From Pseudomonadota bacterium (lineage in GTDB: Bacteria > Bdellovibrionota > FAC87 > UBA2466): 64,000 nt of DNA. This document shows, piece after piece, positions 9,268-19,624 of this stretch. The stretch is from NCBI GenBank assembly GCA_043718025.1, contig JAYSWN010000068.1, forward strand, positions 1-64,000. Reading direction: 5' to 3'. The notes under the pieces are model-generated. The model ran no database searches. It saw only the letters and a program-made list of their open reading frames with translations, and was not told the origin of the DNA. The number at the start of each line of letters is the position of its first letter. Position 1 is the stretch's first letter. The translations under genes were made by a program, and so were the position numbers.

Positions 9268-10008
9268 TTAGTCGTCACCCAAATGAGATAGGATATCGGC
9301 GCAACTGGCTTTATGGCCATGCCAGCCCGGCAAATGACTTGCCTGGTCATCGGCGGCTAAAACCAGAGCCTTCCGCACAGCCTTTTCCCATTGGGCGTTC
9401 GAAGCTTTAGTTGATATTGATACACGGCTCCGAAAGTACTCGGCCCACTGAAACTCTTGAAAGGGGATCTCAAGTTGATTGTATCCGGAGCACTTGCGCA
9501 CCATCCACGCCAGTCCGCGGTAGGGGTCATCTTTGAGTCCACTCAGTTTTTTAGGCAGGTCAGCCGTTGTGATGCCGTTGCCCTTGTTGTCTTTGAGGTA
9601 AACCCACTTCTTGCGCACCATCCGCTTCCAAAAATCTTCTTTAGTTAAAGCCGACAGGTCAGCGATAACTTCTACATAAATTTTATTGTGCCCGAACTCT
9701 GCCAGTGCGATGGCAAAGTGGTGGCCGTCGATCAGATATAAATCTCCAGCGGGGCCAATTACGGCGGTGCCGGTCTTTTTTTCTTTGTACTCTTTGAGCT
9801 CACCGTCGTCGTCTTTCTCCTCGAGCGTTTTAACGCGAAATTCAATCTCTTTTTTGCTAACCGAGTATTGCGTAGGCATTAGCTCGTCGATGGCCACTTT
9901 ATAAGTTTCGCCAACGACATAGTCGTCATCGGCAAAACAGAATGGTGAAAACAGAAGGCTTAAGCAGAACGTTAGAAAAACGAACGCTCTCAGCGTGATT
10001 GCGTGCAT
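9268..10008 (-). CDS. ParB-like (ParBc_2-type) protein with signal peptide
   Basis: LMPTQ, YLIDGHH, DDPYRGLAW, FQEFQWA, LPGW. Confidence 0.8.
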   Translation of the reverse strand: MHAITLRAFVFLTFCLSLLFSPFCFADDDYVVGETYKVAIDELMPTQYSVSKKEIEFRVKTLEEKDDDGELKEYKEKKTGTAVIGPAGDLYLIDGHHFAIALAEFGHNKIYVEVIADLSALTKEDFWKRMVRKKWVYLKDNKGNGITTADLPKKLSGLKDDPYRGLAWMVRKCSGYNQLEIPFQEFQWAEYFRSRVSISTKASNAQWEKAVRKALVLAADDQASHLPGWHGHKASCADILSHLGDD

Positions 10009-10207
10009 TAAATTACCCCAAACCCATCAGACTAAACCCGAAAAAACAGTACCGTCGCAACGTGCCTTTTTGCCAGCCCTTTTTTGCGGGGCGGCAACAA
10101 TGCAGGAAAAAAAAGAGCCCATCTGCCTGATGCGACGCAGCAATTCGCGGTGTCGGATTGTCGGGTGACACGTTTGCGGTTTGGTTTTAGGCTCTGGGTC
10201 AAACGCT

Positions 10208-11344
10208 ATGTCGATGAAACTATTTGCACTTGTTGCGTCTCTTTCTATAGCCCATTCTTCGGCTTCTCACGCCGCAGAACCCGGACCTTTTTCTAAGCTT
10301 AAGCCCGGCCTTTGGAATTCATTTTTGCTCTACAACAAAGAAAATGGCGCCTGGGAGGAAACCACCATCACGCTCACTTACTTTGAAAATTTATTTCAGC
10401 CTTTTTTGCAGTTCGATCCAAACGATAAGCTGCGCTTTCGCGTGGGGGCGGGTCTTTTGGTGCCGATGAACCAAGAAGAAAAAATACGCCGTGCTTATCC
10501 CTACGTTCAAAGCCGACTTTTTTTGACTTCCGATTCGATTATGGATTTGGGCAGCCTCGATACCGTGCATGATTTGCCCGGCCCACTATTGGATCCCCTG
10601 ATTGCAATCTTGCCGCAGATTCGTCTGGGCGACAGCACCCAGATTCCCATCACCTACGAGAGCTTTCCGATTACGGGCGCTCATTCACACGGTCTTTATG
10701 AGTACGGCATCTCATACCGGTGGGGCTCGCGCTGGGATCCAAAAAGTGACGGCAGTGGCGAGGTTTACCTAAATTGGCAGCTGCCCGATACGGGCAACCA
10801 CCGCGAGCGGTTTGATATTGGCCTATCGGTCCGGCGTGAAACGGTGGGGCTGCCACTCTACTTTGCCGCCCACTATTGGCATAACGGCGGTCACGAGAAT
10901 CCACATTTGGTGGAGATCACCGAAAACTATACGGCGGCGTTTGGTCTGCGCACCAATCATTACAACGCCTTGATCGTTGGCTCACTTTTTTTTCCCGATC
11001 GGGCAAAGGAGGCGCTGACCCAGTCGGGCGCGGCACTTTACTTTGATTACAAGTTCTCGCTGGGCAATTGGTATCTGCAGCCGGTGCTCTTTATTTCCGA
11101 TGAACTGCGAAATAAAGCGAATAAGTATATTTCGATCGAGGGCGACCCCTTTTTTCGCGTGCCGTTTTACGGAGGACTTAACGTTGGTGCTTCGTGGGAG
11201 CTTTTTTCTCAGTGCAAATTCGACCTGAATTTTATCAATGGATTTTTCCAGCGCAGCGCCAACGAAGCGTTTAACCCGACCAAAACGCGTTACGACCAGA
11301 TGGTGCGTTTACAACTTCATTACCTCTTTGGTGAGGAAAAGTAG
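10208..11344 (+). CDS. Hypothetical outer-membrane beta-barrel-like protein
   Basis: Signal peptide; alternating aromatic beta strands; RERFDIG, HNGGHE. Confidence 0.6.
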   Translation: MSMKLFALVASLSIAHSSASHAAEPGPFSKLKPGLWNSFLLYNKENGAWEETTITLTYFENLFQPFLQFDPNDKLRFRVGAGLLVPMNQEEKIRRAYPYVQSRLFLTSDSIMDLGSLDTVHDLPGPLLDPLIAILPQIRLGDSTQIPITYESFPITGAHSHGLYEYGISYRWGSRWDPKSDGSGEVYLNWQLPDTGNHRERFDIGLSVRRETVGLPLYFAAHYWHNGGHENPHLVEITENYTAAFGLRTNHYNALIVGSLFFPDRAKEALTQSGAALYFDYKFSLGNWYLQPVLFISDELRNKANKYISIEGDPFFRVPFYGGLNVGASWELFSQCKFDLNFINGFFQRSANEAFNPTKTRYDQMVRLQLHYLFGEEK

Positions 11345-11352
11345 GAACCAAA

Positions 11353-12276
11353 GTGAAAAGCCTTAAACTGTTTTCTTTTTTACTCCTGATGAGCGCGCCC
11401 GCGCTGGCCGCGTACCAGGACAAGATCTTTGAAGACTATAAAGATCCCGATAGTCTCACGATACATTCGCGCGGCATCATGTCCTATGGTGCGCATTCCA
11501 ATACGTTTCATCTACGTCACTTTTTTCTACGCGTTAACTACGAGCGTGAGCCGGTTCAGTTTTTTGCGGTCTTGAATGGCTACGCCGATACCCACGAGCC
11601 CTCTACCAATTACACCTACGCGCTAAACAATATTAGCTTGTATGATTACGGCTTCACGTACCGTTTTTTAGGCGGCTTTTTCTTTTCGCCTCGGGCCGCG
11701 GCCCCGTACCGCGAAGATCTAGAAACTTTTTTGGCGATGCCGGCCTACATTTTTGGGTCCCCGGCCGAGTTTGACCCAGTTACCAATTACCTAATGGTAC
11801 ATAAAGTGGGCCCCGGAGTTCGCCTGGGCTACTCCGCTGACCGGTTTGAGGTGGGGTATGCGCAAGGTGATTTTCGCCATTCGATTCCTTCGGGTTTTAT
11901 GGCCAAGTACCGATTCGATGATCTCTACGTGCGAGCGGTGATGTTGTCCGAATACACCGACGCGGCCACTTTTGATCGCAACTCGCTTCGTCGCAAAGTT
12001 CAGGTGAGTAGCGCCGGACGCTGGGCCCTGGGGCCGAAAATTACATTGGGTGGCCTGGCCGAGGTGACCTACCTTGATTCGGGCCTTTTTCGCTTTCGTT
12101 TAGAACAGGCGGTTGAGCACATGGGCATGACTTTGGCCGTGCGCGAGCTGTTCATGAATCGTGGTGAGTTTATTGCCGAGGTGAGTTTGAAACGGCGCTT
12201 GGCCGATATCGCGGCCCTCGGGGTTCAATATGCTTCGAATGGATCGTGGTATCTCGTAGGTAATATTGATTTTTAA
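11353..12276 (+). CDS. Hypothetical outer-membrane protein
   Basis: Signal peptide; C-terminal Phe (WYLVGNIDF) as a BAM-type signal. Confidence 0.6.
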   Translation: MKSLKLFSFLLLMSAPALAAYQDKIFEDYKDPDSLTIHSRGIMSYGAHSNTFHLRHFFLRVNYEREPVQFFAVLNGYADTHEPSTNYTYALNNISLYDYGFTYRFLGGFFFSPRAAAPYREDLETFLAMPAYIFGSPAEFDPVTNYLMVHKVGPGVRLGYSADRFEVGYAQGDFRHSIPSGFMAKYRFDDLYVRAVMLSEYTDAATFDRNSLRRKVQVSSAGRWALGPKITLGGLAEVTYLDSGLFRFRLEQAVEHMGMTLAVRELFMNRGEFIAEVSLKRRLADIAALGVQYASNGSWYLVGNIDF

Positions 12277-12398
12277 CCGCAAACCGCCGATGGCAAATGG
12301 CACTCCGCAGAACTTTTCCGACTTCTGGTCTATCTCATTGACATGAGGCATCAAAAACTGGTTCAAAAGGGGCCGGTTTGGAAAAGGTGGTCGCGGCA

Positions 12399-13484
12399 AT
12401 GAAGCTCTCTCGCATAGCAGTTTTCCTTTTATTTATGGGGAATTACGCGTTTTCGTGCAGCACTATCGCCATTCCTAAGAGCCCCGAAAAATGGGTGCTT
12501 AAGAGTTACGACTGGCACCAGCCGCACGGTACGATTTTTATCAACCCCAAAGGCCTTAAAAAGAGGGGCTTTCATCTTAAAGACATTAAACGCCCTTCGT
12601 GGACCTCAAAGTTCGGCAGCCTAACCTTTAATCAGCATGGTCGAGAGCTTCCTTTGGGTGGAATCAACGAGGCCGGTCTGGTCGTTGAGATCATGTGGCT
12701 CAACGAGAGCAAGTATGGAGCCGGCAAGTCTGGCGAGTACCTCAATGAAATGCAGTGGATTCAGTATCACCTTGATAGGTTTTCTACGGTGAAAGAAGTC
12801 ACTAAGAGTGCTTTGGAAATTGGTATTTCAAGTCTCTACGCCAAGGTCCATTACCTGGTTTGTGATACCGATGGAGAGTGCGCAACAATCGATTTTTTAA
12901 GCGACGCTAAGCCGCCCGTTATTCGCACTGGTAGTGAGCTTCCCTACTGGGCCCTCACCAACGACAGCTATGACGCCAGTGTTGAGGGGGCAAAGAAATA
13001 CCTGGTTTTCGGAGGTACCAAGAAGGGGCCGGATGTTCTTTCTCAGGGCTCAATCGACCGTTTTGTAAAAGGGGCGTTGGGAAGCAGTCTTTATAAACCT
13101 GATACGACCACCCCAACCCAAGATGTGATGGCCATATTAAAGAGTGTCGGACAGGGCGATTACACCAAGTACAACATTGCGTACGATCGAAAAGCTAATC
13201 GTGTCTATTTTCGCACGCACACTCGCCCGTCAACGAAATGGGTGGACCTTTCTACGTTCAACTTTAAGTGTATTAAGGCTGTCGAAAATGGCCCCGATAC
13301 GGGTGCGAAGTTGCTCAATATGAACCTCCTAAAGGAGGGCGACGTGAGCGCCGACTTTGAAGCCTACACCATGGCGGCAAATGTTAAACTCATCGAAGAT
13401 GGGCTTAAAGAGGTGGCCGATCTTTTGCCCGACGGTGCCTTGAAAAAATTGGCCCTCTATCCCGACTCTCTTAAATGCGAGTAA
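12399..13484 (+). CDS. Linear amide C-N hydrolase (Ntn; choloylglycine hydrolase/penicillin V acylase family), exported
   Basis: Signal peptide then nucleophilic Cys (FS|CSTI), KSYDW, GINEAGL, LTND, RF. Confidence 0.85.
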   Translation: MKLSRIAVFLLFMGNYAFSCSTIAIPKSPEKWVLKSYDWHQPHGTIFINPKGLKKRGFHLKDIKRPSWTSKFGSLTFNQHGRELPLGGINEAGLVVEIMWLNESKYGAGKSGEYLNEMQWIQYHLDRFSTVKEVTKSALEIGISSLYAKVHYLVCDTDGECATIDFLSDAKPPVIRTGSELPYWALTNDSYDASVEGAKKYLVFGGTKKGPDVLSQGSIDRFVKGALGSSLYKPDTTTPTQDVMAILKSVGQGDYTKYNIAYDRKANRVYFRTHTRPSTKWVDLSTFNFKCIKAVENGPDTGAKLLNMNLLKEGDVSADFEAYTMAANVKLIEDGLKEVADLLPDGALKKLALYPDSLKCE

Positions 13485-13512
13485 ACTGCTGAACCACTGG
13501 CTTAAGCTTAAC

Positions 13513-14715
13513 TCAGAGCTTTAAAAACTTAAGCGCCGTGCGGCTCCACGATGCTTCAAAACGCTCACGGGGCATGGTTGCGGCTTGCCGCAGCTTTCCG
13601 GTTTGTAAGATTTTGGCGTTTCGCGCCGGCATTTCATTCCATAATGCCGCGGCCCCTCCCGGCATCGCCTCCTCCATGCCAGCTAATGCCCGCGCATAAC
13701 CCACATTTTTGGGCAGGCGCACCCAGCCGTCGACCAACGACTCGGCTACGTCGCCTTTCTCAGCGGAAGAGAGCAGTGGCGTGGCGGCGATGAATTTTCC
13801 CCAATCGTCTAAAAACGGCGCAAAGGGCAAAAGAAATTTTTCTGATCGACGTAAGCTCCGGGGGCGGCGCAGGGCGAAATGGCGGTGGTTCTCATTGGCC
13901 ATGTATGCCTTGTTGAGCTCGCCGGCCTCCCACAGTTCGCGGGGCAGGGGCCCGCTTTCTACGTGCCCCGCCTTGTAGGCGATTTTTTTTAACGGGTTAT
14001 CGTCCGCCAGTTCCCACTGGTCGAAGACCCGGTCGAGGTCGCCCAAATTATGGGCGATCACGGTGGCGGTTTGGTGAAGGCCAAGGCCGTCTTTTTTAGC
14101 CTTCATCTCTTCAAAGACTTGAGCTTCGCGGTGAATTTCGGCGATGATCAGATCGCTTAAAGTATGCGCCAAGTCTTCTTCCCACTTCATGCACGAGACG
14201 TAAGCTGCGGCCGCGGTTGAAAACCATTCGCCCTGGTGTCCACTCAACAGCTCACCGGTGGAGGGCGAGATCACGTAGCGTGTCGATACCCGGCTAAAGT
14301 CCCAACCAAGGCTCTGGATCACCAGTTCGGCCATTTCGCGGCGGGCGGTGGCCGAAATCGGCGGCTGCCATAACTTAAAACGAATGTGCACGTCGACATC
14401 GGTGGGAACAAAAGTGGCCACCGTGCCGTGATGGCATTGCAAACAGAGCCGGAAATATTCGCCATGAGTCATCTCAGCATTGGTCAGGGTGGTGGGCTTG
14501 CGGCCCCATTCCCGCAGGGCCTCCAGGTGTGGCTCTTTTTCGGTGAACTTAGCCTCTTCCGTAAATAAGAAGGGGGCCGTATTACGAACTTGCTCCATGA
14601 GAATGCGAAAGGGAATGCCGCGTCCGGTGAAGCCATCGTTGATGTGTTCTGACGGCGCGTCTTCCTCAGGGCTTGGAGCGGGGACCAAGGCTAAATTGGG
14701 CGGCAACATAGACAT
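13513..14715 (-). CDS. Hypothetical protein with His/Asp/Glu motifs
   Basis: 400-aa ORF coupled to the upstream gene (TAATG); motifs PTDVD, GHQGEWFS, AHNLGDLDR, ENHRH. Confidence 0.7.
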   Translation of the reverse strand: MSMLPPNLALVPAPSPEEDAPSEHINDGFTGRGIPFRILMEQVRNTAPFLFTEEAKFTEKEPHLEALREWGRKPTTLTNAEMTHGEYFRLCLQCHHGTVATFVPTDVDVHIRFKLWQPPISATARREMAELVIQSLGWDFSRVSTRYVISPSTGELLSGHQGEWFSTAAAAYVSCMKWEEDLAHTLSDLIIAEIHREAQVFEEMKAKKDGLGLHQTATVIAHNLGDLDRVFDQWELADDNPLKKIAYKAGHVESGPLPRELWEAGELNKAYMANENHRHFALRRPRSLRRSEKFLLPFAPFLDDWGKFIAATPLLSSAEKGDVAESLVDGWVRLPKNVGYARALAGMEEAMPGGAAALWNEMPARNAKILQTGKLRQAATMPRERFEASWSRTALKFLKL

Positions 14716-14990
14716 TACAAAATCATCGTCAGCCCGGGGGCCGTGTGCAGGAGTTTAAAAATTTCGAGTACGTCGACAGCCTGATTGACCAGGGCTTCCA
14801 CGGTAATGGCCACGTGTTTGCCACTTTCGGATTCGCGCACGGTAAGCACGCGGGCGCCGAGGGAGTGCTTTTTAATCAGCTCCACCACTGCACTTTCGGT
14901 CAAAACTCCGGATTGCCCTAAGACTTTGAACACAAAGGGGCCCGGAAAACTATGGTGCGATTGGATCAACTCAAGCGACGGTAACTTCAA
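14715..14990 (-). CDS. DUF493/YbeD-family protein
   Basis: HSFPGPFVFKVLG...SESGKHVAITV; GGAGG RBS before TTG at 14990. Confidence 0.8.
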   Translation of the reverse strand: MKLPSLELIQSHHSFPGPFVFKVLGQSGVLTESAVVELIKKHSLGARVLTVRESESGKHVAITVEALVNQAVDVLEIFKLLHTAPGLTMIL

Positions 14991-15151
14991 AACTCCTCCC
15001 AGTTTAGTCCCACGGTCGGATTTACCACACCGCGGCACCGGTAGCTTAAGAAAAGTTCGGCCCAAAAAAAGGTTAACACCATCAACTGTTACCCGTACAA
15101 TCCGCCAAATTATTTGAGCGTATTCATCACTTTCAGTTAGGGAGACAGCGT

Positions 15152-17548
15152 ATGCCGAAATGGGCAAAAACAGGGGCAAAGGTTTTCGGGGGATTGCTGG
15201 GGGTGTTGCTCGTGGCAATCATCGTCCTCCCTTTCGTCATTAACGTAGATAGCTACCGCCCCGAGATAATAAAAATCGCCAACGAAAATATTAACGGCAA
15301 ACTAGATCTTGGAAAGCTTACGCTGTCACTCTGGGGTCAAATCCGCATTCAGGTCGACGGCTTCACGATTGCCGATAAAAAAGGGCAATCGGTGGTTTCG
15401 GCCAAAGACGTCTTTTTTCATGTGCCCTTTGCGCCATTGCTTTCGGGAAATCCGGTGCTCACCTTCAAAATGAAGTCGCCAGAAATTAGGGTGCTAAAAG
15501 ATAAGGCGGGCAAGCTCAATGTGATGTCGCTCATGAAGCCTAGCTCCGTAAAAACAAAAGACGAGCCTTCTACGCCTTCGACCGAAAAAACCAAATTGCC
15601 GGCGATGGCCAGTCGCGCCGCGCTGGGCGTGGAGATGACTCAAGCCCAATTTTCGTACCGTGATGAGGCCACCAAATTGGTGTCGGAGATCAAAGATCTC
15701 AACCTGCGTATCCGAAGTATTTCGCTCACGAAACCATCTGACTTTGAAATATGGGCCTCTCTCGACACGCGAATGGGCAAAACTCTGGCGGTTCAAGGGC
15801 CTGCAAAAATTACGGGAACCCTGGTGCCTACGTTTGAGGGTGTTGATTTCAAAAGCGGTACGCTCAACGTGAAGGCTGATTTAGATGGCGTAGGAATTTC
15901 AATGCCGGGTCTGTTTGAAAAGAAAGCGGGCCTCGCCACCAATCTACTGCTCGAGGTTACGGTAAGTCCGACGGCGGCCAATTTAAAAAGCCTAAAAGCG
16001 GTCTTTTTTAATGTGGTGGTCAATGGCTCGGGGGCGGTGACTCAAATAGACAGCACTCCCGTGTTCGATCTCAAATTGGTGGCGGCTCAGTTTGAGCTTA
16101 AGCCATGGTCTGATCTTTTGCCGATGTTGAAAGAGTACGAGCTGGGAGGCGCAGCGGGCTTTAGTGCCGATCTCGGCGGCACCGCAAACTCTCCACAATA
16201 CAAAGCCAGCGTGGATTTCAAAAACTTCACCGCTAAAGCTCCAAATTTGAAGACGCAGCCGCATTTTGACGGCTCGATTCGGGTGGTTACGGATAAGCTC
16301 GAGAACGCGACGATCACCATGAAAGCGCCGGGAAACGATCTTAAAATCGTTGCCTCCGTGCTCTCTTTTGCGGCGCCTAAAATCGCGGTGAACGTGACCT
16401 CGGTGGGTGGCTTAGATTTGGATCAGCTCATTGAGTTTCCCAAAACTGCCGCCGCCAAAGAGGCCGCTCCGGCTGCCGGCAATTCGGGTTCGGGGACGGG
16501 GACGGGGGCCGATGCCAACGCCAACGCGTCTGATTTCGACGCCCTACTTGATCCGCTGCGCCAAAATGAATTGATGGCGAAGGCTACGTTAAATGCGCGC
16601 GCCTCGCTGCCTTTTGTAACGGCTAAGGGCGTTAAGATGAGTGCGATGAATGCGTTGATGACGCTCAATAATTTAAACCTCGCCTTAGACTCGTTCGCGA
16701 TGAACGTCTTTGACGGTAAGTTATTTACCTCGATGGCGGTTGCGCTCAAGCCCAAGACTCCCACCTACCGTTTAAAGTTGGAGGTGACCGGTTTGGATAT
16801 GCAAAAGGCGGTCGCGTCACAGCTTTCCTTGTTCAAGAATACCGTCATCGGAAAAGCGAACTTTAAAATGGAGGGCACGGGCGCCAGTTTTAATCCTGAT
16901 CCGGCCAAAAAGAATTTAAAGGTTGCTGGAAACATGCGAATCGAAAACGCCACCTTCACGAGTATCGATATTGGCAGAATGGCCTCCGACGGTATCAATA
17001 AAGCTATCGGTGATCTTAGTAAGACGGTTCCGGGATTGGGTGGAAAAACGGTTCCCCAGCTGAAAACTGACACCGCCTATGAATCGGTGGGCAGTGATTT
17101 CACCATCGCCGGCGGCAAGTTTTCGGCGCCTAATTTTTCGGCCAAATCGAGAGCCAATAAGGGCATTGATTTTAATGGCGCCACTGAAGTGGGATTATTG
17201 GACTACTCGTTGCGGGCCAATTGGGAGATGGTCGATACCTACAACCTCACCAAGGCCCGTGACCTTTCGGTGGAATCCAATGGCATTCAGGTGAACCCGC
17301 TCTTGGCCGACGGAGCCAATCCAGTTCGCTTTCCGATAAAGGTTGGGGGAACCTGTTTCGCCCCCGAGATTAATTACGGTGCCGTGCCCGAAGCCCTGGC
17401 CAAAGTGGCGTTGAATAATGTTTCTAAAGCGTTGGCGGCTAAGGCCAAAGCCGAGGTGCAAAAACAGGTGCAGCAAGAGATTCAGAAAGTGGCGCCTGGG
17501 GTTAGCAAAGAGGTGAATCAAGCGATCAAGGGATTGTTTGGAAATTAG
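15152..17548 (+). CDS. AsmA-family protein
   Basis: N-terminal TM followed by LPFVINVDSYRPEI; long beta-rich body. Confidence 0.8.
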   Translation: MPKWAKTGAKVFGGLLGVLLVAIIVLPFVINVDSYRPEIIKIANENINGKLDLGKLTLSLWGQIRIQVDGFTIADKKGQSVVSAKDVFFHVPFAPLLSGNPVLTFKMKSPEIRVLKDKAGKLNVMSLMKPSSVKTKDEPSTPSTEKTKLPAMASRAALGVEMTQAQFSYRDEATKLVSEIKDLNLRIRSISLTKPSDFEIWASLDTRMGKTLAVQGPAKITGTLVPTFEGVDFKSGTLNVKADLDGVGISMPGLFEKKAGLATNLLLEVTVSPTAANLKSLKAVFFNVVVNGSGAVTQIDSTPVFDLKLVAAQFELKPWSDLLPMLKEYELGGAAGFSADLGGTANSPQYKASVDFKNFTAKAPNLKTQPHFDGSIRVVTDKLENATITMKAPGNDLKIVASVLSFAAPKIAVNVTSVGGLDLDQLIEFPKTAAAKEAAPAAGNSGSGTGTGADANANASDFDALLDPLRQNELMAKATLNARASLPFVTAKGVKMSAMNALMTLNNLNLALDSFAMNVFDGKLFTSMAVALKPKTPTYRLKLEVTGLDMQKAVASQLSLFKNTVIGKANFKMEGTGASFNPDPAKKNLKVAGNMRIENATFTSIDIGRMASDGINKAIGDLSKTVPGLGGKTVPQLKTDTAYESVGSDFTIAGGKFSAPNFSAKSRANKGIDFNGATEVGLLDYSLRANWEMVDTYNLTKARDLSVESNGIQVNPLLADGANPVRFPIKVGGTCFAPEINYGAVPEALAKVALNNVSKALAAKAKAEVQKQVQQEIQKVAPGVSKEVNQAIKGLFGN

Positions 17549-17694
17549 TCTCGCGAAAAAGCGGCCGATTTCACAATGGCACCAAATATGGGCGTTTCTT
17601 GAATATTGTGCTCAAGTTTTCACAACCTGCCCACTAGCAAGACACGGTCGTTTGCGACACTGAATGGGAAGACTCTTATAAAGGGAGTGACCCC

Positions 17695-18738
17695 ATGCGT
17701 GGCTTAGTTGTAACTTTACTCGTTGCTCTCGCGGTTTTGCTTCAGGGCTGTGGAAAATCTGCGGCCCCTTCAACTACCGGCGGCACCACCAGCACCACCG
17801 GGGGCGGAACCCAGCACCTTTATGAAGGCAACTGCGACCTGTTGGCCAGCCCCTTTGGCGGTGGTCTGGGTAGCTCGAATGATCCCTATCTGATTTGCAC
17901 CGTGGCCCAGCTGCACAAAATTACCGAACCCGGAAACGGTGCCTTTCACTATGTTCAGGTGAAAGACTTGGACTTAAGTGGAGCCGCGCTTTTTGCGATT
18001 GCCGATCTCACCGGTAGTTTCGACGGCAATGGCTACGTACTCAATCACCTGCAGGGGACAATGTTATTTGCGAATTCTTCAGGAGCGATTCGCAATGTGA
18101 CGGTTACCGGAGCTTCTATAGTGGGCAGTTTTCAAGCCGGAGTTTTACTCGGCTGGAATCAAGCCGGTGGAGTGGTACAAAATTGTCACGTGACCGGGGC
18201 GCTGGTTACCTCTTATAGCTCCGGCGGGTTGGTGGGCCGTAACGAAGGCACCATTACGCAGAGCTCGGCCAATGTCGCCCTTCAAGGCATCGATACACTG
18301 GGTGGCTTGGTGGGGTTGAACCGCGGTATCATCTCAAAGTCCCGCTCCGCCGGATCAGTGGTGGCTTCAAGTACGGCTTACGGAATCGTCGGTGGTTTGG
18401 TCGCGGATAACTTCTCTGGCACGATTTCCGACAGCTACTCCACGGCCTCGGCGCAGGGCAAGTCCAACGTCGGTGGATTTTTCGGACAAAACGAAGCCAC
18501 CATCGTAAACGGTTTTTCTAGCGGGGCGGTGGCCGCAACCGGAGCCAATTTGGGCGGCTTTGGTGGCCTGAACACCGGCACGGTAACCAGCAGTTATTTT
18601 GATTCACAAACCTCTGGTACCGGAATTTCGAGCGGGGGCATGGCAAAGACCACTTTAGAAATGCAGAGCCAAGGCACCTACGTTGGTTGGGACTTTGCTA
18701 CCGTGTGGAGCCTGAGCAGCTACCCTAGTCTGCGCTAG
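17695..18738 (+). CDS. GLUG-motif lipoprotein
   Basis: Lipobox LQGC; DPYLI..QL, FDGNG, repeated GGLVG.N.G; GWDF..VW. Confidence 0.85.
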   Translation: MRGLVVTLLVALAVLLQGCGKSAAPSTTGGTTSTTGGGTQHLYEGNCDLLASPFGGGLGSSNDPYLICTVAQLHKITEPGNGAFHYVQVKDLDLSGAALFAIADLTGSFDGNGYVLNHLQGTMLFANSSGAIRNVTVTGASIVGSFQAGVLLGWNQAGGVVQNCHVTGALVTSYSSGGLVGRNEGTITQSSANVALQGIDTLGGLVGLNRGIISKSRSAGSVVASSTAYGIVGGLVADNFSGTISDSYSTASAQGKSNVGGFFGQNEATIVNGFSSGAVAATGANLGGFGGLNTGTVTSSYFDSQTSGTGISSGGMAKTTLEMQSQGTYVGWDFATVWSLSSYPSLR

Positions 18739-18739
18739 T

Positions 18740-19528
18740 TCACTGCACGGCAAACTGTTCCCAAGCCAAACGTAGTAGTAATAAGGTTACCGCCACCGCG
18801 AGCATTGGTCGCACGATACGATGGCCGTAACGGCTTGCTTGATGGGCTCCAATCCAAGCTCCGATGCCAATTCCCACCGCCAGCGGCGCACCGATATTCC
18901 AATTTACGTAACCCTGACTGCCGTAACTAATTAGCGCCGTAGTGGCCGACGCCAGATTGGCGAAACGGCCAATGGTGATGGCATTTAAGAGCGGCTGTTT
19001 CGCAACGAAGAATAACGCGAGAAACATAAGGGTGCCGCCGCCGGGACCCCATAGGCCATCGTAAAAGCCGGCCAAAATGCCTGAAACAATTAAGGGCGGG
19101 CTAAAATAATCGAGCGTTCGCTTGCGTTCGGGCGACTCTACTTCCTGCGTTGGAAGGTGCTGCTCCAACCACAGGTCCTTTTTTAGAACGAGCCAAAGCA
19201 ACAACGGGCTCGATCCCCACAAGATCCAAACAAACACCGTGCGCGGAAACCATTCGGCCATGCGGCTGCCGACCAATGAGCCAAACGCTACCCACACGGC
19301 AAATGAGACCCCACGACGCCAATCGAAATGGCCCTTAGCTAAGTAGACTAAAAATGCGCATAGCGAAGCGGAAAGGCCAGCCATTTTGTTTGTGGCCACG
19401 GAGTGGATGCCGTGGCCTATTACCAGAATAAGGGCGGGAAGTGTGATCAGGCCCCCGCCGCCGGCAACCGCATCAATGGTTCCGGCCAAAAGACCAATCA
19501 GAAATAGACCCACGGTTTCAAGCGGCAT
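18740..19528 (-). CDS. TSUP/TauE (sulfite exporter) family membrane protein
   Basis: IDAVAGGGGLITLPAL, ATNK, FYDGLWGPGGG. Confidence 0.9.
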   Translation of the reverse strand: MPLETVGLFLIGLLAGTIDAVAGGGGLITLPALILVIGHGIHSVATNKMAGLSASLCAFLVYLAKGHFDWRRGVSFAVWVAFGSLVGSRMAEWFPRTVFVWILWGSSPLLLWLVLKKDLWLEQHLPTQEVESPERKRTLDYFSPPLIVSGILAGFYDGLWGPGGGTLMFLALFFVAKQPLLNAITIGRFANLASATTALISYGSQGYVNWNIGAPLAVGIGIGAWIGAHQASRYGHRIVRPMLAVAVTLLLLRLAWEQFAVQ

Positions 19529-19624
19529 GGTCAAAGAATAATGACCTTTAGTCGACCTGGCGAGGACAGAGAGCAGCCCGAACGGAAACGTGAACAGGCT
19601 CGGGGGCTGTGGTAAGTACTCTTC

